A DNA stretch of 25,809 nt from an uncultured Bdellovibrionales bacterium. Lineage in GTDB: Bacteria > Patescibacteriota > Minisyncoccia > Moranbacterales > UBA1568. This document shows, piece after piece, positions 1 through 6,746 of the stretch. A program made the position numbers and the translations under genes. The notes under the pieces were generated by a model. It saw only the letters and a program-made list of their open reading frames with translations, did no database searches and was not told the DNA's origin. Numbering within the stretch: the first letter of the stretch is position 1; every line of letters starts with the position of its first letter. The DNA lies in NCBI GenBank assembly GCA_964471075.1, contig CAYYET010000001.1, positions 1 to 25,809 of the forward strand, in the 5' to 3' direction.

Positions 1-615
1 GAGTACATCTCGGACAATAGCTGGAACTTCGAAGGCAAAGTGCTCTTCGGCCGCATCAATGAAAATTACCGGCAAGGCGACTACGCGAGTCATCGCGAAA
101 TCGACTTCGTTGGTCCGTCGCTTTCGTACAACAACTACGAGAGGCGGGAACGCGGTGAGAAGTGGTTCCCGGAAACGAGAACCTACGCCATGGCTGGGTG
201 GGCAACGGATGTGCGAGCCGGCCATACGTGGCAAGGCAAGCCGATCGACGACACGAAAGAGTTGTCGCAGTTCGATGTTCTGTTCCAAGCCGGTGTCCAT
301 CAGGACGTCTACGATTTCGACAAGCTGACGCTGTGGGGTCGGGCGGGGTATTTCCTCGAAAGCCCGGTCTCGGAAACAGCGAACCTGCGTATCGGTGTTT
401 CAGATCCCAAGCGGATCTGTGGCATCGGTGTCGGAACGGACTTTGATCTCAAGAATGGTGGCGAAGCTTTCGGTTGGGGTTGGTGGTGTGACGTGGTCAA
501 GGGCGCGCAAGTGGCCCGCACGGAATATCGCCTGAATCAAGCGGCCAAGGAACATAACGTATCGTTCCAAGAGGACGGTACGGCCATGGTTCCGGTGCCG
601 CCACCCAATCGCTAA
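1..615 (+). CDS. 5'-truncated hypothetical protein, beta-strand rich (beta-barrel-like pattern), high GC
   Basis: Frame 1 is open from base 1 (EYISDNSWNFEGKVLFG...), so the GTG at 40 is internal. Alternating aromatic/Gly strands (LTLWGRAGYFL, GIGVGTDFDL, AFGWGWW). GC3-rich codons. Confidence 0.75.
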   Translation, partial: EYISDNSWNFEGKVLFGRINENYRQGDYASHREIDFVGPSLSYNNYERRERGEKWFPETRTYAMAGWATDVRAGHTWQGKPIDDTKELSQFDVLFQAGVHQDVYDFDKLTLWGRAGYFLESPVSETANLRIGVSDPKRICGIGVGTDFDLKNGGEAFGWGWWCDVVKGAQVARTEYRLNQAAKEHNVSFQEDGTAMVPVPPPNR

Positions 616-734
616 GCACGCAATTCTTCTCTTTGAACTGTAAGTCGATAAAAAGGGTATGCGCCAATGTGCACTGCACAACGACATACCGGCTTCATAG
701 AAGAGAAGGAACGCAAAGCGACATCGTTCGCACC

Positions 735-776
735 AAGGACAGGAAGTTGAAAAACGGCCTGTCCTTTGTCTTTTTT
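735..776 (+). terminator. Intrinsic terminator
   Basis: AAGGACAGG (735-743) / CCTGTCCTT (758-766) stem followed by TGTCTTTTTT. Confidence 0.75.
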
Positions 777-804
777 ATACCGTAAATAAGCCATATTTTT
801 CATA

Positions 805-833
805 TTGACAAAAAGCGGATTTGGGTGTATAGT
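805..833 (+). promoter_or_regulatory. Sigma70-type promoter
   Basis: TTGACA (805-810), 17 bp spacer, TATAGT (828-833). Confidence 0.85.
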
Positions 834-837
834 GAGA

Positions 838-967
838 TGTTCAGTGAATGTCCGTAAAAAAGATAGGCATTGAACAGGCTCCAAGAGAAGTGCCTGAATT
901 TTCCCAACCTCGGTTGGGCAAGATACACAGGCACGTATCACCCAACCACAACTCCGAGGAGTTTGAC
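838..967 (+). promoter_or_regulatory. Structured 5' leader with alternative pairings over the SD
   Basis: Several mutually exclusive 5-9 bp helices. CCTCGG (908-913) is complementary to CCGAGG (954-959), which overlaps SD GAGGAG (956-961). Confidence 0.5.
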
Positions 968-1609
968 ATGACGTTCTTTCGCAAACTGTTCGCCGCATTG
1001 TTGGCGATGATCTCCGTGCCGGCTCTGGCGCAGTTCTCGACCGACGTGTCGGGCGGCGGCGCCGGTGGCACCAGGATGGTCATCAAGCAAGATGGTCCTG
1101 GCAAGGCCACGCTGAGCCTCATGGGCGTCAAAGTGGTCTACCTGAACCACGATCCGAAGATCAAGGACCTCAAGCCCAAGACGGATGCCTCCGGCAAGGG
1201 CCAGGTCTGGATCGTCGATCCGGAAGTGACCAATCTCGACGGTGCCGAGATCTGCCTGTCCGGCGTCGGTCGCGGTGGCTGGGCTGTCGTCAACGGCAAG
1301 GTCGACAAGACCAAGGTCAAGTGCGCGCCGCTCAGCAACTCGATCCAGCTGCCGGTCACCATCAACAGCAACGGCGGCAACACCTGCATCGGCCTGACCT
1401 GGCTGGTGGTCCAGGGTGACTCCGTGGTGAAGGACGCCTGGGCCTCACATCCCGATGGCGCCACCAACATCATGGCCAAGCGTGCCAGCGGCGCCAACGA
1501 CATGGCCACGGTTCTGTGCGTCGACTCGGCGGGCAACATTGCTCCGCCGACGACCGATCAGGTGACGGCCTACTCGGCCTGGTACACCAAGGTCACGGCC
1601 AGTAACTGA
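968..1609 (+). CDS. Secreted hypothetical protein (213 aa, Sec signal peptide, 4 Cys), high GC
   Basis: ATG at 968 follows SD GAGGAG. MTFFRKLFAALLAMISVPALA|Q is a classic signal peptide. The track start at 848 lies just past the predicted TSS and would bury the signal peptide. Confidence 0.85.
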   Translation: MTFFRKLFAALLAMISVPALAQFSTDVSGGGAGGTRMVIKQDGPGKATLSLMGVKVVYLNHDPKIKDLKPKTDASGKGQVWIVDPEVTNLDGAEICLSGVGRGGWAVVNGKVDKTKVKCAPLSNSIQLPVTINSNGGNTCIGLTWLVVQGDSVVKDAWASHPDGATNIMAKRASGANDMATVLCVDSAGNIAPPTTDQVTAYSAWYTKVTASN

Positions 1610-1628
1610 AGCGGTAACACCGCAACCC

Positions 1629-1665
1629 GAAAGGGCTTCCCATCAGGAAGCCCTTTCTCATTTTC
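1629..1665 (+). terminator. Terminator-like hairpin between convergent genes
   Basis: Perfect 12-bp stem GAAAGGGCTTCC (1629-1640) / GGAAGCCCTTTC (1646-1657), then TCATTTTC. Confidence 0.7.
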
Positions 1666-1686
1666 TCTCGTAATTCAAGCGGGAGA

Positions 1687-3042
1687 TTATTTTTTTTCTG
1701 CCAGAGAAAGAAGTGCCCCGAGAGCGGTAAAGAACAACCACTGAAGGGGTGTATTTTTGAAAATATTGTCTGTAAGAGCCGAGAGCTCAAGAGTAATAAA
1801 GAACAGTATCATAATACCAAAGGCTAGTTGTAAGGCACTTCCTTTTTTGCTTTCTTTGTATCTCTTGACCATGATCCACAGCAAGGAAACGAGATAGAGA
1901 ACAAAAATAATGACTCCTACTACTCCGCCTTCTACAAAGAACTTCACAAAATCATTGTGCGGATCATTGGGACCATGGGTAGTGCCGCGGACACTTTCGG
2001 AAACCTTGGGGAAGGTATCCATACCCGAGCCAAGGAGGGTGCGTTCTTCTTGGATAGAATAGCGTGTTACGTCATGCCATAGTTCCTGTCGCCAGACGAT
2101 GGAGCTATCAGGATCGGGGTTGAAGCTTTCGATTACGCGCTCCTGAAAACTTTGAGAAAAAGTGAAGAGTACAAAAGGAATAAGAATAAGCGGGAAAAGA
2201 AGGAGGCGATAACGGAGTAAAGCACCGAGGAAAATAAAGAGAAACATCGCTATCCAAGCAACTCGAGCAAAGGTCAGCATGAGCATGACAGAAAAAATTC
2301 CTAAAATCCCGAGTGTTACTATTTTTCGTACCCCTCGATCAGCAAATAGCAGAAAATAAAGAGTGCCGAAGACTACCAGAGTGTAGAGGTAGAGACTATA
2401 GACGTTGGGGTGACTAAAGGTGCCAAAAATACGAAGCACAGAGACATTTTCATCGGCTAGTCCAATATGAAAGATGAACTGATAGATACCAAAGAGAATT
2501 GGTAAAATACTGGAGAGAAAAAATGCTTGTAAAAGCTCTTTGAAGTCACGAGTTTTTTGTACAGTGACATACCCGAGAAAACTCAAGGCGAAGAGGTCAA
2601 AAATGCGCAAGAGTTCCTGAAGGGTAGTTTTAGGATAAAGTGAGTAGAAAAGAGTCATGCCACCCCAGAGGAAGAGAAGAAAGAAAGGGAGAAACAAAGG
2701 AAAAGTAGAAAGAGCTCTTCGTTGTAAAATGATGACCATTAAGCCCACGAGAGCAATGCTCACTCCTAAAGCTTGAGAAAGGCTCAAACTAATATTGTAG
2801 AAATTGAGACTGACATATTGTGACGAATAGTCGAGGGACATGCGCACGATGATGAGCCCAAAAAGGAGGAGGAGGGGTTGTCGGAAGAGGAGAATAAGTG
2901 CCAAAATACTGCCACAAAGAAGGAGGGGCAAAAGAGGAGAGAAATGAAGAAGGAAGGCGCCTAAAGTTCCAAAAGCTCCAAGAGCAATGAGAAACATCCA
3001 GAGAGTAGGCTCGCGTAGAGGATTATCGAGAGAAAGTTTCAT
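1687..3042 (-). CDS. O-antigen ligase / Wzy_C family polytopic membrane protein
   Basis: Many TM segments, R-x-x-GTFSHPN, TFAR, a large loop with WRQELW...LLGSG and the PHNDF motif typical of Wzy_C/WaaL/PglL. Confidence 0.85.
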   Translation of the reverse strand: MKLSLDNPLREPTLWMFLIALGAFGTLGAFLLHFSPLLPLLLCGSILALILLFRQPLLLLFGLIIVRMSLDYSSQYVSLNFYNISLSLSQALGVSIALVGLMVIILQRRALSTFPLFLPFFLLFLWGGMTLFYSLYPKTTLQELLRIFDLFALSFLGYVTVQKTRDFKELLQAFFLSSILPILFGIYQFIFHIGLADENVSVLRIFGTFSHPNVYSLYLYTLVVFGTLYFLLFADRGVRKIVTLGILGIFSVMLMLTFARVAWIAMFLFIFLGALLRYRLLLFPLILIPFVLFTFSQSFQERVIESFNPDPDSSIVWRQELWHDVTRYSIQEERTLLGSGMDTFPKVSESVRGTTHGPNDPHNDFVKFFVEGGVVGVIIFVLYLVSLLWIMVKRYKESKKGSALQLAFGIMILFFITLELSALTDNIFKNTPLQWLFFTALGALLSLAEKK

Positions 3043-3045
3043 ATC

Positions 3046-3711
3046 TTAGTGTTTGTGCCAAATTACCGTAAAGGTCATGGGAAGTCCGAGGAATCGATTT
3101 TTGATCAAGGTGTAGTCAGTAATTCCTGCCTGAGCAAAAAGGGTGCGGAGATCTTTTTCTGAAAGAAGGGACATATAACTTCCAGTGGCCCATTCTTTAC
3201 CAATGAGGGTGACAAAGCGATCGAAGTATTTCTTGGAAAGAAGCAGATGGAGCAGGGGCACTCGAGTATGAAGTTCGATAGGAAAGTGGCGATTAGGAGT
3301 AGTCAGGTAGCCGCGAGTGCTCACACGTACCAATTCTTTGAGGAAGCGGTCCTGATCTTCAAAATTGCCTACATGTTCAATAACTGCATTGGAATAGCCA
3401 ATAGCGAAAGCATTGTCAGGAAAGGGAAGAGTACGACCGTCACCTTGAACGACCGTCACCTTTGGATAACGTTTTTGAAACTCACTCATATCCTCTTGAC
3501 CCAAAGCAGTAATTTTTTCTGGAAAAGCGTAGAACTTTTCCAGATAATTATCAGTGTTGGAATACTCGGTCGTGTTGACACCAACATCAATGAGAGCCTC
3601 TTTTTCTTTTGGGGCAACAAGGGTCAGAAATTGATCAAATTTTTGAGCACGGCTTCTGGCGGAAATGCCATAAGCAATCTTTTCAATCAACGTTCCAAGG
3701 GAAAAAGTCAT
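3046..3711 (-). CDS. Class I SAM-dependent methyltransferase
   Basis: LIDVGV motif I, QGDGRTLPFPDNAF, YSNAVIEHV, TTPN. The start at 3711 is preferred over 3747 because a minus-strand promoter overlaps 3738-3766. Confidence 0.8.
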   Translation of the reverse strand: MTFSLGTLIEKIAYGISARSRAQKFDQFLTLVAPKEKEALIDVGVNTTEYSNTDNYLEKFYAFPEKITALGQEDMSEFQKRYPKVTVVQGDGRTLPFPDNAFAIGYSNAVIEHVGNFEDQDRFLKELVRVSTRGYLTTPNRHFPIELHTRVPLLHLLLSKKYFDRFVTLIGKEWATGSYMSLLSEKDLRTLFAQAGITDYTLIKNRFLGLPMTFTVIWHKH

Positions 3712-3713
3712 AT

Positions 3714-3766
3714 TTGTAGAAAGCGAATTCTTCCTGTATAATGCCATTATTAAGCCAAAAAGTCAA
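3714..3766. promoter_or_regulatory. Divergent promoter region between methyltransferase and GT4
   Basis: Plus strand: TTGTAG (3714-3719)-N17-TATAAT (3737-3742). Minus strand: TTGACT (3766-3761)-N17-CATTAT (3743-3738). Confidence 0.5.
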
Positions 3767-5001
3767 TGCGCGTCCTCCTGATTGATAAGTATCATCGCCA
3801 GTATGCCGGGCCTCAGCGTCTGTATTTTGATACGGCCAAATTGCTTCAGGCTGCTGGCCATCAAGTAGCATTTTTTGCTATGGCTCATCCCAAGAATGAA
3901 CCAACAGAGTGGAGTAAATATTTTGTGGAAGAAGTAGATTATGAAGAAGCGAACAATCTTTCTTTGTGGCAGAAGGTGAAAGTGGCGCAAAACATGATTT
4001 TTAACTTCAGTGCCAAACGAAAGATTGAAGCACTGATAAAGGAATTTAAACCAGATGTGGCACATCTTTTTGTTACGTATCATCAGCTTTCGCCTTCTAT
4101 TATTTGGGCGCTGAAAAAGCATCATGTTCCCGTTGTCATGACGCTCTGTGATTATAAATTGGTGTCACCGAACTACAATTTGTTTGTTCGAGGAAAAGTA
4201 TGGGAACATCACTCAGGAATCCGCTGTTTAGCTGATCGTTGCGTCAAAGATTCTTTTGTGAAGAGCTTGGTGTGCGTGATAGAACAGTGGCTACATACTC
4301 TTTTAGGTACCTATGGTAAAGTCGATGCGTATTTGGGATTAAGCCAGTTCTTGATTGACACTTTTCAACGTCTTGGTTTTCATTATCCCATCACGCTCCT
4401 GACTCAGCCACTTTTTCCACTCCCTGATCTTTCAGACCCTCTTTCTGAAAAGCACGGTAAGAATTTCCTCTATTTTGGACGTCTCTCAGTTGAAAAGGGG
4501 ATTGCTACGTTGGTACGATCTTTTACCAAGTTACACGATGGTGAAACGCTCTCTCTCGTCGGTTTTGGCCCAGAAGAAGCAGCACTGAAAGCGTTGGTCA
4601 AAGAACTGAAGCTCGAAGAAAAAGTTTCGTTTTTGGGCCCAGTTTATGGTGATGGTTTAAAGCAGCTTTTGAGTGAGGCTCGGGCGGTAGTAGTACCTTC
4701 TGAATGGTACGAAAATACGCCGTATGCGCTTTTGGAAACGCTCGCTTCTGGCACACCGGTTATTGCTGCTCGTGCCGGGAGTTTACCGGAACGGGTGCAG
4801 GACCAAGTGAATGGCCTGCTCTTTGAGCCAGGCAATGCCGAAGAACTCGCGCAAAAAATACAAAAACTAGCTAACTTTGATCAAAATACCCTGAAAACTT
4901 ACCAAGAAAACGCCCGTAAGAGCATTTTGGATCTTGACGCTCAGTCCTATCTTTCTCGGCTTCTTACCCTCTATTCTTCCCTTATTCAAGCCAAAAAGTA
5001 G
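3766..5001 (+). CDS. Glycosyltransferase family 4 (GT-B)
   Basis: MRVLLI N-terminus, YFGRLSVEKG, VVPSEWYENTPYALLE (E-x7-E), GLLFEPGN. Confidence 0.9.
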   Translation: MRVLLIDKYHRQYAGPQRLYFDTAKLLQAAGHQVAFFAMAHPKNEPTEWSKYFVEEVDYEEANNLSLWQKVKVAQNMIFNFSAKRKIEALIKEFKPDVAHLFVTYHQLSPSIIWALKKHHVPVVMTLCDYKLVSPNYNLFVRGKVWEHHSGIRCLADRCVKDSFVKSLVCVIEQWLHTLLGTYGKVDAYLGLSQFLIDTFQRLGFHYPITLLTQPLFPLPDLSDPLSEKHGKNFLYFGRLSVEKGIATLVRSFTKLHDGETLSLVGFGPEEAALKALVKELKLEEKVSFLGPVYGDGLKQLLSEARAVVVPSEWYENTPYALLETLASGTPVIAARAGSLPERVQDQVNGLLFEPGNAEELAQKIQKLANFDQNTLKTYQENARKSILDLDAQSYLSRLLTLYSSLIQAKK

Positions 5002-5015
5002 GTTTTTTTGGACTC

Positions 5016-5044
5016 TTGACAAAATTGAAAAAGTAGTGTATGAT
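5016..5044 (+). promoter_or_regulatory. Sigma70-type promoter of the epimerase gene
   Basis: TTGACA (5016-5021)-N17-TATGAT (5039-5044). Confidence 0.8.
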
Positions 5045-5079
5045 GGCCTGTTATCAGTGAATGAACAGGTCATTTTGGT

Positions 5080-6081
5080 ATGAAAAAGAAGTGTCTTGTT
5101 ATTGGAGGTGACGGCTTCATTGGAAGCCACGTCGTAGACGATCTTTTGGATCGTGGTTTTGAGGTGCGTGTTTTTGATCGTTTCCACAAAGGTCGCATCA
5201 AAAATCTCAAACACCTCAAGGGAAAAATTGAATTTCACAAAGGAAACTTTTTGAATAAGTGGCATTTGTCTCGGGCTTTGAAAGGCGTGGACTATGTTTT
5301 CCATTTCGTTTCTCTCAGTACCCCGGCTTCTACGGCTCATGACCCCATGGCTGAAATCCGTCTCAATCTAGAAGGAACGCTGCAGCTTCTTGATCTCTGT
5401 GTAAAATACGGAGTAAAGAAAGTAATCTATCCGTCGTCTGGTGGAGCAGTCTATGGCAATGCTTTGGAAGAAGTGGCTAGTGAGACGACTCAGGCTCGTC
5501 CAGTATCTCCGTATGCGGTGACCAAGCTTACCGTGGAAGAGTATCTTCACTTCTATAAGCGTCAGCACGATCTTGATTTCGTGATCTATCGTATCGCTAA
5601 CCCCTATGGTGAACGCCAGGATCCGAATGGTATCCAGGGAGCCATTCCTATTTTCATGAAGCACATGATCAAGGGGGAGGCACTGGATATTTACGGCAAT
5701 ACGGTTCGTGACTATATCTACGTGAAAGACGCTACCCGCTTTATTGTGGAAAGCTTTGATCAGCCCCATAAAAACACGACTTATAACGTCGGTACTGGCA
5801 AGGGAATCTCTCTCTTTGAATTAGTGCTTATGTTGGCTAAGACGACTGAAACTACACCAAAAATTAAGCGTTTGGAACGCCGTCCTTTTGATGTGCAAAA
5901 AATTGTGCTTGATATTGATCGAGCTAAAGAGGAATTTAACTTCTATCCAGAAACCAGTCTGGAAGTGGGTCTGGAAAAGACCTACGCCTATCTGAAAGAA
6001 AAATACGCTCATGAACCAAAAGCGCGCACGCCTTGGTTCGCTTGGGATTTCTCGAAAGTGATCAAATGGGGTAAAGTGTAA
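5080..6081 (+). CDS. NAD-dependent nucleotide-sugar epimerase/dehydratase (extended SDR, GalE-like)
   Basis: GGDGFIG Rossmann motif, SSGGAVYG, YAVTK (YxxxK), NPYG, RDYIYVKD. Confidence 0.9.
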   Translation: MKKKCLVIGGDGFIGSHVVDDLLDRGFEVRVFDRFHKGRIKNLKHLKGKIEFHKGNFLNKWHLSRALKGVDYVFHFVSLSTPASTAHDPMAEIRLNLEGTLQLLDLCVKYGVKKVIYPSSGGAVYGNALEEVASETTQARPVSPYAVTKLTVEEYLHFYKRQHDLDFVIYRIANPYGERQDPNGIQGAIPIFMKHMIKGEALDIYGNTVRDYIYVKDATRFIVESFDQPHKNTTYNVGTGKGISLFELVLMLAKTTETTPKIKRLERRPFDVQKIVLDIDRAKEEFNFYPETSLEVGLEKTYAYLKEKYAHEPKARTPWFAWDFSKVIKWGKV

Positions 6082-6096
6082 AAGCTTTCCCTTTCA

Positions 6097-6139
6097 GTTC
6101 TTTACCAACGTTTCGTAATGAAACACTAACCGAGGAGAT
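6097..6139 (+). promoter_or_regulatory. boxA-like element + small hairpin + SD leader (copy 1)
   Basis: GTTCTTT (6097-6103)-acca-ACGTTTC (6108-6114). GTTTC-gtaat-GAAAC hairpin (6110-6124). CGAGGAGAT (6131-6139). The same blocks recur at 13701-13754. Confidence 0.55.
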
Positions 6140-6145
6140 TTGCTC

Positions 6146-6694
6146 ATGGAGCGCGTTTTTTGTGTGGTCCTCTTGTGTCTTCTGGTCTGCGTGAGAGCGT
6201 GGGCAGGAAACGAAGGGGTTGACGACTCTTTGTCTCCAAGCTTTCTGCAAAGCGACGCTGAGGCCTCGACCTTTGTTCCCAAAAAGGGAGTGATCCCCAG
6301 GGATTTCTCTGTGGAGTTGGTCTTGCCCAAAAAGAACCATGGCTCCGAAAGCAAAGCGAAGAGCAGTGAACTGAAGCAACTGGTCAGGAAGTTTTATCGG
6401 CCTTTGGGTCAACATGACAAGGGCCCGTATCTCGGGAAGTGCACAGTAGAACTGCGGGAGTGGTCGCTGGGGGATGTAATAACGGCTACTTTCCGTGTGG
6501 AATGCTGGTCGGTGCATCAGAAAGGAAAACGTGAAAGTAAAGCGTGGTTTCATCATTTCGACACTCCCGTCGAAGTCATGAACTATGTTGCCCAGGTAGC
6601 TGCTGAGCATGAGGAACGCATGCGGCCGACTCCCAAAGAGCCTGTCGGTTTGCCTGAAGACCTCCTCGAACCTGAGTGGGACGTAGTGACTTAA
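6146..6694 (+). CDS. Secreted hypothetical protein (ORFan, 182 aa)
   Basis: SD GAGGAG then ATG at 6146. Signal-peptide-like MERVFCVVLLCLLVCVRAWA|G. GC about 54% versus about 45% in the flanks. Has its own terminator. Confidence 0.7.
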   Translation: MERVFCVVLLCLLVCVRAWAGNEGVDDSLSPSFLQSDAEASTFVPKKGVIPRDFSVELVLPKKNHGSESKAKSSELKQLVRKFYRPLGQHDKGPYLGKCTVELREWSLGDVITATFRVECWSVHQKGKRESKAWFHHFDTPVEVMNYVAQVAAEHEERMRPTPKEPVGLPEDLLEPEWDVVT

Positions 6695-6705
6695 AGCATC
6701 CCAAC

Positions 6706-6746
6706 AAGCAGTGTCTCAAGATTCTTGAACACTGCTTTTTCTTTTT
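6706..6746 (+). terminator. Intrinsic terminator, probably shared by the convergent genes
   Basis: AAGCAGTGT-c-TCAAG / CTTGA-ACACTGCTT stem (6706-6737) followed by a T-tract that runs into the stop of the acetate-CoA ligase gene. Confidence 0.8.

Noticed and set aside
700-735. ACGCAAAGC (711-719) resembles part of the c-di-GMP-I (GEMM) riboswitch
   Set aside because: The upstream GGCAAA/GAAA-tetraloop P2 elements and the tetraloop receptor are missing, and the site lies upstream of a terminator and of the next promoter.
848-967. N-terminal 40-codon extension given by the ORF track
   Set aside because: It starts about 8 nt after the predicted TSS, has no SD and hides the signal peptide. ATG 968 has a perfect SD.
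1687-3042. GA-rich quasi-repeats on the plus strand (AGGAGGAGG, AAGAAGAG)
   Set aside because: They are the reverse complement of Leu/Phe/Pro codons in a polytopic membrane protein, not a repeat element.
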